DNA from: Mobula hypostoma
Lineage: Eukaryota
Direction of reading: 5' to 3'
NCBI RefSeq assembly: GCF_963921235.1
Contig: NC_086097.1
Span: 61,754,001-61,818,000 of the forward strand
DNA length: 64,000 nt
Position 1 is the first letter of the stretch. Each line of letters opens with the position of its first letter. Shown here one piece after another: positions 13,180 through 24,574 of this stretch. A program made the position numbers and the translations under genes. The notes below the pieces were generated by a model. The model did not search any database and was not told the DNA's origin. It saw only the letters and a list, made by a program, of their open reading frames with translations.

Positions 13180-14290
13180 CTAGCTCTGGCAGGCTCCGCC
13201 TGGCACTTGGGATATGTCCACCCCAAGAGGGGCGGAGACTAGCGAGACGTGGGCGGAGCGGATTCTCAGTTGTTAGATGAGTGGCAGTGCTCGGTTGAGG
13301 GAGAGCGACAGGGATTGGTTGAAAGTTTGAGTAGGCGGGCCCGTGACGGTGTTAGAGCTGTCAGGTTCACTTACACCGTAGTGACAGCTGTCAGTTATTT
13401 GAAAGAGGGGGGGAAGTTTTCAGTGTGTCTTCTCTGGCGAGGAGGGCGGCTAAATTGCTTGCAGTGCCAGGGGTATTATTTCAGGGGATCAGTTGTTCAG
13501 CTGATCAGAGAGGTGTCGGGAAACTTAGTGGAGGCCCAGTGGGGGAACGGCTTGAGGTCTCTGGGGAAGCACGTTCCCAGCAATGTACCAATGAACTTCC
13601 GAAAGGAAAAGACCCTATTCCTGAAGGCTTAGAGGGGCCACGCCCTAGGGTGTCGCTATGGATAGAGGGAAGCGATGCTAAAGCTATTCTCGGCCCCGGG
13701 GCACAGATCAAGTTGTTGTACAGTTCGTTTTACAACCGGTGTCTGAAGCATTTATCCTTGACAACCGCAAGGGCACCGGAGACTTTGGGTACCAGTGGCA
13801 GTAGTTATCCAGAAGACGATGATTGGTTAATGACCCTGGAGTTCATGAAGGCATTTTCTGGGCACCCAGCGTGTCGAGTTGCTTCTGAGGACGTGTGTAG
13901 CAGCCTTGAGCCGGTACCGAATTTAAACGAGACCCAGCGGTGGTACGGCCTGGGGAAAGTAGCTGAGGGTGAGACCCTCTTAGTAGATGCTCCGAACTAC
14001 CACGAGGGAGGGGAGTTGACCGCTGAAGACACTTCAGTGAGAGAGAGGTCGCGGCAACTGGACCCTAGCGGCGTGGAAGATGAAGGCAGCGTGTGTGTGG
14101 ATTCTGAGGAGGGCGGCTGTTGAACTGAAGATGGCCTTTACTAGTTCCCTAGGATTCTTCCGATCCGAAAAGATGCCCAAGGGCATATCCGGAGCCCCTG
14201 CATCCTTCCCGCGGGGCATGAGGAAGACCATGGGGGAAATGAAGGTGTGTGGAGTTTTGACGTATGTGGGTGACTGCCTAGAGCTTGGAT
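13180..14290 (+). pseudogene. Decayed Gypsy gag (PNMA-like capsid), aspartic protease and RT fragment
   Basis: [22 protein letters not shown] (PNMA/Ma-like gag); [24 protein letters not shown] (protease, catalytic DTG lost); AFTSSLGFFRSEKMPKGISGAPASF...VLTYVGD (RT, YxDD lost). Confidence 0.8.
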
Positions 14291-14450
14291 TCGCCTGGGG
14301 GAGGCGAGGTGAGTGGCTGAGCCCGGGCGACCGAAGCGAAGTGTCAAATGTGGAGGAGTTTTTGGCCGGTGGAGTTTGGTGCAATGTGAGGAAAATGACC
14401 CGACATACCAGTTGAACTTCCTGGTGTTGGGACAGACGGTGGTGGACCGG

Positions 14451-15080
14451 GGGATGGAAACTCAGGTCGTCAATTTGAATGAGACACAGAGAAGAGAGGG
14501 AATTTGCACCGCACTGCGGTCATATACTGATGAATTAATCCAGCGAGAAGAAACAATGACCCGCCTTCGAAGGGATCAGCAGAAACTCAAGACGTCGATT
14601 CAGGACAGATTGGAAGACTTGCAAGTTGGGGAAGATCAAGGAAGTGTTCTGACTAAGGTCAACAGAAAACCGAGAGCCCAGGGAGGGGAGTTTGACTACA
14701 CTCCCGAGGAGGTAAAGAAATGGAGGACAGATCTCGGGAAAGGGAGGCGGACGCTTGAAAGGAACCTGAAGATGCCCTATCGCAAGTTTAAATGAAGTGG
14801 AAAAACTGAAAGTTGACCTGGAAGACGTCATGAGGAAGAAACAACCGGAGGCTGAACATTCTTTAACTGCTGCTTTTCAGGTCAGGGTGGAAGAAGCTGG
14901 TGGGGTAACTGCATCCCAGGTTGAGATGGCCAGGAACCCTGAGTCAGAACTGCGGAGGCTGTGGCGAGAGTTGAAGGAGTCCCCGAAGAAGCTGACGTCT
15001 CGACTGCAGGAGGCTGAAGGGGTAGCCCCGGCTAAATGTTTCAGTTTGGAGAAACGTAAACAGCAGCTACCGATCGAGGG
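14451..15080 (+). pseudogene. Captured intronless sarcomeric myosin II heavy-chain rod fragments (MYH16-like)
   Basis: About 88 aa align without gaps to the recalled myosin S2 rod (LEDLQVGEDQGSVLTK vs [36 protein letters not shown] vs [20 protein letters not shown]). Further blocks: [14 protein letters not shown] vs LEEAGGATSVQIEM, and [24 protein letters not shown] vs KKLAQRLQEAE..AKCSSLEKTKHRL. One frameshift at ~14775. Confidence 0.85.
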
Positions 15081-15563
15081 AATGAGGAAGGATACGGATT
15101 CGAAGGATGATGTGCTGCACATGTGGAACATGCAGCCTTTCGCTAACTTCCCCTTGATTGAGGAAGAGACTTTTGGCTCTTCTCCCACTGAGTCAGGTGT
15201 AGTGGGGAGGGCTAGCTGTGGGCAGTCTGAGTTACGGCAGGATCAGAAAGGAGGAGGGGAGGGGCCCCGGACACGGGACAGGGGGCTCCGAGCTGTAGTG
15301 GCCTGAGTGAGAGAGGAGTTGGCAAGCAGGCTCGAGGTATCCCTGGTAGTGTCTGAGCCTTTTGGGTTTAGGTGAGGGGGTACGGAGGTCTCGGAGGGTT
15401 AAGAAGCTCCCAGATAGGTTGGCCTATGTAGCGCCCGTGGGACGGGAGTAAAGTCCACTGTTTGGGGAGCACTCTCACTGTGTGTATCTGTGTATGTGTG
15501 TGTTGTGTGTCTGCAGGACTGGTTGGCGAGTTATTTAGAAGACATGAGGACATGACTTTATTT

Positions 15564-15576
15564 GGTGGGGGGAGAG
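15564..15576 (+). promoter_or_regulatory. Polypurine tract
   Basis: GGTGGGGGGAGAG immediately upstream of the 3' LTR TG. Confidence 0.8.
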
Positions 15577-16233
15577 TGTAAAGGGGTTTCGACTTTTAAG
15601 TTCCTGCGGAGGCTAATTAAAATGGCGTCTTTGTTATGTTAATCTGGGGAATGCGGCTTTGTTGTGTTAAACGCTGGGAGAGTTTGCACTGGCAGCTTAT
15701 TTTGGTTTAGAGGGTGATAAGAAATACGTTATTAACGAATTGGGATAGTTGTTATGGTTTTGATGTATTTGAAGATACTGTATGCGCGGGGTTTTGGGGC
15801 AGAAGGCGGGAGAGCGAGACAGAGGATGGACGAGGGACATTCGGCGAGGAAACGGAGACGGACTCGTGTGGAGCGTATGGTCGACCACCGTTGTTGGTCC
15901 CAGGCGGCCGGTCGAGGTGGTCCGAGGGGGTCGCAGGGTGAAGAAGAAGGTCCTTGAGCTCCAATGGTTTTGTGCACGAAGAGATTGAACTTTGATAAGT
16001 GTGGCGCCTTTTATTTTCCTTTTATATCTTATTCTCTTTTAAATATATAGTTCCAGTAATATCTATAAACTGTATATCATTTAATTGCATCTGGTGTATT
16101 GTCTGTTATTTGGGCGGGGTGGGGTACCTCACAGAGCATTCACACAAAGGAATTACCCAGTCTGGCGGGGCCGAGGCTGTTTCCCTAGACGACAGCGAGC
16201 CGAGCGACCCTGAGGGTGGCCAGGGGGGCTACA
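15577..16233 (+). repeat. 3' LTR
   Basis: Direct repeat of 12260-12935, followed by TSD ATTA. Confidence 0.95.
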
Positions 16234-18991
16234 ATTATTATTTCTTTTTTTTCCCCCTTTTTTTCTCTCTTTTTTCTCCCTCTGTCCCTCTCACTATAAC
16301 TCCTTGCCCATCCTCTGGGCTTGCCCCCCCCCACCTTTCTTTCTCCCCTGGCCTCCCGTCCCATGATCCTCTCCCTTCTCCAGCCTGGTTTCCCTTTTGC
16401 CAATCAACTTTCCACCCCTCCCCTCCTGTCTTCTCCTATCATTTTGGATCTCCCCCTTCCCCTTCCACTTTCAAATCTCTTACTATCTCTTCTTTCAGTT
16501 AGTCTTGACTAAGGGTCCTGGCCCAAAACGTCGATTGTACCTTTTCCTATAGATGCTGCCAGGCCTACTGTGTTCCACCAGCATTCTCTTGATTTTCGTA
16601 AACTGACTCAATTCTCCATCTATTCTTACAGTGGCAGTTTGTTCCCAGTACAGATTTCTGATTAGGTGGAGGTCTTTCGAATCTAGATCTAGAGCTTCCT
16701 GTAATATTTCAAATAAATTATTGTGCCTCACTTTATCAAATGCTTTTGTGTAGTCAATAAAACAAACAAACAAATCTCTTTGCACTTGAATATCTCATTC
16801 TGATAGTATCCTTAACATCAATATCGCACTTATTGTACCTTTGTCTTTCACAAAACCACGTTGTTCTTTACCTATTTCAGCTTGTAGTTTACTTTTAGCT
16901 CTTGTCATCAAAATTCTTAGAGTATCTAGTGATATGACTCATTATTAGGAATAATAATCCAAGTTTATTAGAAAGAGTGATAAATACTGATTTTTTCATA
17001 TCTTCTGGTACTATTCCAGTCTCATAAATGTCATTGATTAAATCAGTAAGTTTTTCAATTCCATAATCTTCAAGGGCAATAATTTGTTCTATTACTAATT
17101 CATCAGGACCTGTTGCCTTTCCTTTTTTCATCTTATTTATAGCATTACGAACTTCAGATTTTAAAATACTTGGACCTTCAATGTTCTTCTTAATTTCTGG
17201 CTTTTCGCCTCAATCATATTCTAACAATTCCTGAATATACTCAGTCCATCTGTTCATAATCTCATCTTTTTCCATGGTAATGGTACCGTCCTTTGCTTTC
17301 AAACATCCACCTGAAGAACAGAGGAGTTTTTTACTAGTGATATTCTTGATTTGTAGATTTACCCTTTTTGGATCAGTAATAGGGATTCTTTCTAGTTGCT
17401 CACATTCCTGATTTAACCAGTCTTCTTTGGTTTTTTGACACAGGCTTTTAACTTTTTTATCTAAGGATGTATATTCTATAGGATTTGCTTTCTTCAGTCT
17501 CCTTTCTTCCAGTAGATTTCTGACTTAATTTGTCATCCATTTATCCTTTGTGCTTTTTTTCTTTTTTAGGAATCACTGACTTTGCTGATTCTACCAAGGC
17601 ATCTTTCAGAGAGTTAAACTTCATTCTACATGATTGCTATCATTTTCAACAGATTCTATTTCTAGACTTGGAAATCTGTTCCTTACTTCAATTGTAAATT
17701 TTTGACTTAAGTTTCCATCTTTAATTAATTGCGAGTAGTCAAGGGATTGTTCAGGTTTTTGCTTATTTAGTTTTTTAAGTTTTACTTTGACATGACATAT
17801 TACTGGTTTATGGTCACTATTATAATCTGTACCTGGATATGTTTCACATTGAGTCACTGAGTTTCTAAATCTTTGGATTATAGTTATCAAGTCAATTTGA
17901 TTTTGGGTGTTATTACCTGGACTCTTCCAGGTCCACAGGTGTCTTGGATGGTTTTTAAAATAGGTATTCAATATGACCTGATTATTCATCTTGCATCATT
18001 CTACCCATTTCTCACCTCTTTCATTTCTTTCCCCTAGTCCAAATTTTCCTATGGTATTTCCATTAGCACCTTGTCCTACTTTAGCATTTATATCTCCCAT
18101 GACAATAACCATATCTTGAGATTTGCATCCAAGATTTGCTTGTTCAAGCTGTTCATCGACTTTATATCCTCATTTGTTCCATCTACTGTTGGTGCATATA
18201 CCTGTATAATTGCTAAATCAAATGGTTGTCCTGTGAATCTAACAAGAAGCACTCTTTCTGATATTGCCCAATGTCCTAAAACACTTTTTGCCATGTTTTC
18301 ATCCTTAAGAATTCCTACTCCATTAGCATGGGATGTTCCACAAGAATAAATTAGTGTTTTAATAGTATTCTAACATGTTCCAGCACCTATCCAACGAACT
18401 TCACTAATTGCCATGATGCTAATTTTTAGTCTTTCCATTTCATTTATCACACTGTCCAATTTTCTTGCTTGATATAGGGTTCTTACATTCCAATTCCAAT
18501 TCCAATTCATAATTTTCTTTTGTGTTACAGGTTTCCCCCATTATCTGAAGGTACAGCGTTCCTATGAAATGATTCGTAAGTCGGAATGTTGTAAAGTGAA
18601 TAAGCAATTACCATTTATTAATATGGGAAAAATTTTTGAGCGGTCCCAGACCCAAAAAATAACCTACAAAATCATGCCAAATAACACATAAAACCTAAAA
18701 TAACAGTAACATTTAGTAAAAGCAGGAATGATACGATAAATACACAGCCCATATAAAGTAGAAATACTTTTCTGCAGCACTGTCTAGCGCAGCAAAAATC
18801 TCGCAGAAGCGCTCACGGCAGAAACACGGCGCAAGCACTCTCAATAGAAACAGTCTGTCTGGTAACCTTTAAGCTATGAAGCTGCCAAATCATACCAAAT
18901 AACACATAAAAATACACAGCCTATATAAAATGGAAATAATGTACGTACAGTGTAGTTTCACTTACTGGAATCGGGAAGATTCCAATAAACT

Positions 18992-19231
18992 TCAAAGTTG
19001 CTGGTGAACCTAGCAGGTCAGGCAGCATCTCTAGGAAGAGGTGCAGTCAACGTTTCAGTCCGAGACCCTTCGTCAGTACTAGGCGTTAGACCCTTCATTA
19101 GTCCTGACGAAGGGTCTCGGCCTGAAACGTCAACTGCACCTCTTCCTAGAGATGCTGCCTGGCCTGCTGCGTTCATCAGCAACTTTGATGTGTGTTGCTT
19201 GAATTTCCAGCATCTACAGAATTCCTGTTGT
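18992..19231. mobile_element. Palindromic Penelope terminal-repeat insertion with 12-bp TSD
   Basis: 90-bp inverted arms 18992-19081 and 19099-19188; TSD TTCCAATAAACT at 18980-18991 and 19232-19243. Confidence 0.85.
19100..19135 (+). ncRNA. Minimal type I hammerhead ribozyme-like motif of the Penelope terminus
   Basis: AGTC-CTGACGA-AGGGTCTCGGCCT-GAAA-CG-TC-AACT: conserved CUGAnGA and GAAA cores, short helix II, palindromic ACGU helix III; antisense copy at ~19045-19081. Confidence 0.55.
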
Positions 19232-19299
19232 TTCCAATAAACTGCTGTTTTGTCACAGTTAAACATTTGCTTATACAAATAACCACCTGACACAATCGG

Positions 19300-19472
19300 C
19301 AATCATTCCTGATCCGGGCCAACATTTATGTACCGGGTGGCACCTAATTAATTATCTTGTTTATTTCGGCTTTTTTTCTTAAAGATGTGCTGGGTGCGTT
19401 CCGACTACCGCTGCACAGCAGCATTCTTTGCGGCAATGTGTCGGTCCACGGCCCGGAGGTTGGGGACCACTG
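19300..19472 (-). mobile_element. Partial hAT-type MITE inside the Tigger transposase
   Basis: One hAT-like TIR CAGTGGTCCCCAACC on the minus strand at the point where transposase homology breaks; second TIR not found. Confidence 0.55.
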
Positions 19473-22400
19473 CTTAAACTATGAAGCTGCCCTCGCCTCA
19501 GAAACTGATCAAACCACCCATGACTACCTTTAAATTTCACATTCGCAACACTTTCATCACTATCATCCAGTGCTTTCTGTTTCAGCTTATTAAAAAGACT
19601 GACTGGTTTCTCCTTAAGTATAAGAATACTTAATGGAACACCACACTTTGTACACCCATCAATGCACTCAAGCAATAGACTTTCCATTTTATCCATTATT
19701 GGATGCCGACTAAGAGAGACCACTTTGCTATGAGCAGAACCAACAGTAACATCGGCAGCTTTCAGGGTTCTCTCTCTCTCTGTATAAATAGTGGGAATGG
19801 TGGACGCAGGCAAGTTCAACGCGCAGACACTGTCCTTACTTCAATCACCACGATCGAAACGCTTAATTAAGTCTAGCTTTACGCTAAGTGTAACACCCTT
19901 ACGAGCTCTTTTAGGCTTTTCCGATACCTTAGAACTCATCTTGCGGAATATAAATGCACAAAATAAATCGAGATAAAGTACGTGTTTAAACAATGCCGGC
20001 TAGAATGCAGTTCCAGGGGAAGAGCTTGGCTGTTCGTGCGCATGCTGCCTTTTTTCGTAACAGTGAAAACATCTTCTGTCAGCAAAAACAGGTAACTAAT
20101 GTAGGTCTTTCGTAACAGTGAGGTGTCGTAAAGCAAATGTTTGGAAAACGGGGGCCACCTGTACTTGAATTTTATGAGAAGTAGCTTGACGACGGTCGGG
20201 AATCCCCTGCTGCCCTGAATCAACCCTACCGAGCGAAGCATCTTCAGAATTGCCTTGAAGGTCCTCTTGACGCTGTTGCTGTGTGATATATATTGTGATT
20301 TTGACCATGGTTTTCTTAGCAAATAGATTCTAGGAAACCTAGTATCTAGCAACGATGGTTTGCTATTGCCTTCGGTTGGGCGAACTGAAAAAAATCGCCA
20401 TTTCTCTTCCCAAATGTTCATCCGCCTGTACTATAGCCGTTGTTATCTGGGGTCGTAGCTCATCCCCCTTCTCCATCATAAGTTCAGTTACTGAACCTGC
20501 CAGATCTGCTGTTGGCCTTCACTCATATGCTGAGCAGGATCCCCTGCAGGTGCTACTGTTCCAGGTCAGAGCGGCCCTGGGATTAATGAATGACTAAGGG
20601 GTAGCTCCACTTTTCCCAAAGCTCTGAAAGTCCCCAATCAGAGCCTCATCACTGGTTGCAGTTTAGAGCCATACCCAGAACAAAATGTCTATCACTGTGA
20701 ATAAATAAATTGTGTTTTAAGCTACTTTGTTAGCTGTAAGTATCCTCTCCTTGGTAGGGAGAGGGGACCCACTGCTTGAATAGTGGGTTTTGACAGCTAA
20801 GCTCACCATGGAGATTAAACAGGGAAGTAAACTAATCTTTGATGATTGGTTAGTTACAGTTTAATCTCCCTTTAGTGAGAGTACTCGTGACTATATCCAA
20901 TAGGGTTTAAGGTCTTCATTTGCGTTTAGAACTTTGTGGTCAGCAAACACAATACCATCTCAATGTGTATCATTAAACTCTTTGAAATGAGACTGAAGCC
21001 TAGAAGGTTGCAACCAATGGATCTTTTTATGATGTATTTGAAGTGAATTTGATGTAAAGATTTATAATTATTTTCTCAAGTAGTATGCCCTAAGAGAAGA
21101 GAACTTGTTTTTTTCTCAGTTTCATATGTGGTGTTCCTGTGCTGTTTTGTCAGTGCAAAGTTTTACGAGATTTCTACTGAAGATACAAACCTCTTCTACT
21201 TATTGGATGAGGTAGACAGACCAAAACCAAGGGAATTACATGAAGTATACAAAACCGTGCACCAGAACATCGAGCCCATGTTAATGTTTAGGCTTCACTC
21301 AAACTCCTCTTATTCTTTCTCATCAAACCCTACTAGAAATACTCTCCCTATGTTTATCCATTCAGACTCCTTGATTGTTTAGTTGATGGCATCAGATTAT
21401 CACTCAAGATTATAATTTCAAAAGCCTTCTCAACTCATCTGGGTAGTTATAACCAGGCATCTTGGGTACTCTTGAAGATTATTTAACTCCATATGCCTCA
21501 AAAGTGAATTCTCTCTTCTGGGCATAGTCCATAGATTCCTTGTGTATTATAGTGACCCCAGAATAAAGTCAATGTTGGAAAAAAGCCTGATTAAACAATT
21601 ATCATTATAGTTTTGACCCTGAACCATGTAGGAAAATATTATCCCAAGATCTCCTGCCAGGTGCTGTCTTCAGAGGCACTGGCACTGTATAGTACAATCT
21701 GTGGTACACCCTTCAGCAAGGGTGTACTGCAAGATGACAGCTTAATGTGATTTTACAGCTGTCAACCACTTACTAGGCTATTATACTTAATGCTATTTGA
21801 AAAATATGTGCCAAGAGAACTAAATCGATATTCAGATGCCTTCTACTTTAACCATACCAATATTTGCACACTAAACAGAGATGTGTATGAATTTGAAGAC
21901 AGATTAATTAAAGGTTTCAAAACTTCAATAGAAGTGTTGCTTTCTGCACTGGAACTACAGACTTCACTTCTGATGAACAGAACAGATATACTAACATTTT
22001 CTCCGTATAGATGTCACCTGCTCTGCTGAGATTTTCCAGCAAGTTCTTTTTTTAAAAATTTCACTTCCACAGTCTTTATTCTCAAGGAACATATACAATA
22101 TTAAAAAGTTGGCAAAGAGAATGTAATGGAATTCAAATAAGATAATCAACCAGCCAGTCATTTTGATGTTGCTGTTCAGAGAGAAGATGTTGTCCAACAC
22201 AATGAAGAAGTGCTCTGCTTTTTTAAAAGTATCTTATACATTCAGTTGAATGAATTGGAAAGTGCTTTAATTTACCTTCTCATCTAAAGCAACAGTAATT
22301 CCTGCTTGGATCTGGATCTTGCAGTTTGCTAATGCAAAGATGAGAGCTCTTTCAGCAGAGTAAAGCTAATGGTGCATCAGGCATTAGCCACAAGCCAAAA

Positions 22401-23089
22401 TAGAATGTGCCTGGCAGGAAGTCAAAGAACCATCTCCAATTATGATTGTCAGTCTTCCTAAGCAAGGTATGGTACTTTCAACTAGGTCTGCTTTCCTTGG
22501 CAAGAAAGTCATATATCTGAAAAGCTCAAAGATATTATATATATATATTCAACTCATGTTTTCCTTTATTGCTTGTGATTTTAGTTTGACTTGTGGTAGA
22601 ACTGTTTCAAAAAAATATAGTAAGAATCCATGCTGGCAAAATGAGTACTTCCAGTTTTGTTGTTGAGTGACTACTTCCATTGTAATTCCTATTTTTCCTG
22701 CCTGCGTTCCGTCTGTGAAAGGAGTAAATATTTTTAAGTATTAAAACATGGGCATATTTCCAGCACAACAAGATTTAGCTTTGCTCAATCAGAGTATGTA
22801 AATTAAACTTTCTGTTCAAATTTGGCAAATATAATCTGAATTCTAAGCTCAACTGAATACTGTCTTGCTTAAAAGAATAAATGCTTCTGAACCATCCATA
22901 AGTGGTTTTCTAATTGTCATGAACTATCGGATTGGCACTCCAAGGAGCTACAGCTCATTCTATATCTCTTTTCATCCATCTACAGTATATAATGCTGTAA
23001 ATGTAAAATGCTAAGAAAAATGTTTAGTCTCTTCCATAAACACACATGCATGCACACACACAGACACACACCATTTCAGCTCTCCACCA

Positions 23090-23702
23090 TGTTCGTAATA
23101 CCTAGCTATCTCAGAGCCACTGACCCGAACAGGTCCAAGTGTGAGTATTAATATTAAACGTACTCACCCACTTAGACAGCTGAGATCACTGACCACACAA
23201 TGGGTCACAAAAGCATCCTGGATGAGATCATAAATGTTATCACATGAACGAAGCCACCAGACAGTACTAGTAGGTATGAAGCAGTCTCTTTATTCAACAA
23301 AATGAGACACAGCCAGCATCATATGAAGACCCTTTCACAGGAAGTAAGTCTGCTTGACCCAACACTACTTGAAATTTTATATGCTTAAGATCAAAGGTCA
23401 TTTTAGGACACTTCCATATTTACAATGTGTCCACAATGCTTCCTTTGAACTACATGCAACCTTTACACCTCCCTCTTCACACTCACACTACAGACACTCA
23501 AATAATAAATTTAAATCACCATTGTCTGGTCTTTCAGACTGAACTGTAACTGTGGTTTACAGTTCTTAGGAACACAAGGTTTAGAGCTACATGTTAGGTT
23601 TAACCTACTGCTCATATTCAGATCTGAAGATTGATAGCCGAAGTTATTTGCTATATGTGCTAACCCCAAAAACAATTACATTTATATTCAAAGAAAATTA
23701 CA
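23090..23702 (-). mobile_element. Possible solo LTR
   Basis: TG...CA ends; minus-strand TATAAAA (~23380) followed by AATAAA (~23290); no TSD found. Confidence 0.3.
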
Positions 23703-23756
23703 TAACTTCTCATGATGACATGTACCTATATTCTCACGATTTTGAGCAATTGTAAG

Positions 23757-24344
23757 TGTAATGGTGTCTTAGTAATGTTTCACTGCTAAGGCTAATGTAA
23801 TGGCTTATCTGTAATGTTCACTGCTGAGATAACGGTTTCTTTGTAGCAGCAATGTTTGGGTTATGGTTGGAGATAACAGGACCTGTAGTATGCATGTTGG
23901 CCAATTGGAGATTGTTGTTTTGTCTTGTGTATCTGGAAAGGATGTTGTTTTCACGGTCTCTTGTCGAGGAGAGAGGAAGAGGGGGGACGCGTGTGGTGAG
24001 AGCTGGTAGACCACCAGACGGATTGGACTGGGATCTGAGGATCCAAAGATCAGCGACGCTTGGAGTAGACTGATGGTTGAAGAATGACTACTGAGTGAGC
24101 TCCAACGTGACTTTGACTTGACTTGGGCCCTTTTTATTATTTTCAGTACTAACCCTATACTCAGATTAAGATTCATAAACTTCAGTCATTTAATTGCGTA
24201 TGGTGTACTGTCTGATATTTTGTGTTGTGGGTTTGTAACTGGGGGTACATTACACAGTATCCACACAGACGCGATTACCCAGTTTGGAGGGGCCAAAGGC
24301 TGTTTCCCTCAATGAACAAGAGCTGGGCGAGCCTGAGGGTTACA
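23757..24344 (+). mobile_element. Solo LTR related to the 12260-16233 family
   Basis: TGTAA...TTACA ends; imperfect TSD TAAG/CAAG; U5 ccacaca..gattacccagtttgg.gggg...ggctgtttccct...cctgagggt shared with the 12260 LTR. Confidence 0.75.
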
Positions 24345-24574
24345 CAAGTAAGATTGATTCAAGAATAATTCAATACAAAATTGGGGTTTGAATTATTTCA
24401 AATAGATTCACACATTTGTTGTTCTCTTTTTAAATAGACTGCCTTTTCCTGGTTATTTAAAATGTTTTCCAAACTGATATTGACCAAGTTACCTAAAACT
24501 TAATATCTGAACAATTGATTCAAATATAATTTGTTTGGACAAATACTTGTGCTTAGAATTTGTTTTTCAAATTT

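Larger units (their letters stand above)
12260..16233 (+). mobile_element. Non-autonomous Gypsy LTR retrotransposon with two LTRs, carrying captured myosin fragments
   Basis: TG...CA LTRs at 12260-12935 and 15577-16233; 4-bp TSD ATTA (12256-12259, 16234-16237); PBS; PPT; gag, protease and RT remnants. Confidence 0.93.
11817..16585 (+). mobile_element. 5'-truncated Penelope-like element (GIY-YIG endonuclease plus 3' terminus), interrupted by an LTR element
   Basis: GVIYCIQCSRCGLLYIGET.RRLGDRFAEHLRSV...LEEQHLLFRLGSLQPDGMN at ~11870-12215; pyrimidine-rich 3' region and terminal repeat at 16238-16585. Confidence 0.9.
18528..20161 (-). mobile_element. Tc1/mariner pogo-Tigger DNA transposon, internally deleted
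   Basis: TIRs CAGGTTTCCCCCATTATC and (reverse complement) CAGGTGGCCCCCGTTTTC; TA on both sides; transposase N-terminus LNLPASTI..., CENP-B HTH FKGSHGWFDQF, and FNCDKTAVYWK. Confidence 0.88.
10931..20680 (-). mobile_element. Near-full-length RTE LINE (~3.3 kb after removing inserts): segments 10931-11816, 16584-18527, 20164-20680
   Basis: APE motifs WNVRT, IIQVYAPT, WTWKSPG..NQID, SDH; RT motifs GKATGPD, FIDYTKAFDKV, RQGYVFSP, ADD, YGSECW; (TGA)n tail; sequence rejoins across both inserts. Confidence 0.9.

Noticed and set aside
13249..13632. Domesticated PNMA-family gene
   Set aside because: Fragmented gag inside an LTR element with no intact reading frame.
14313..15306. Functional host myosin gene or exons
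   Set aside because: Lies between paired LTRs, lacks introns, and has a frameshift, helix-breaking substitutions and large deletions; treated as captured cargo.
21084..21527. Weak inverted repeat atgccctaagagaagagaa / ttctctcttctgggcat as MITE ends
   Set aside because: Short and imperfect, with no TSD identified.
21128..22029. Short ORFs 21128-21382 and 21790-22029 as host exons
   Set aside because: No recognisable domain or convincing splice-site pairs; lengths are compatible with chance.
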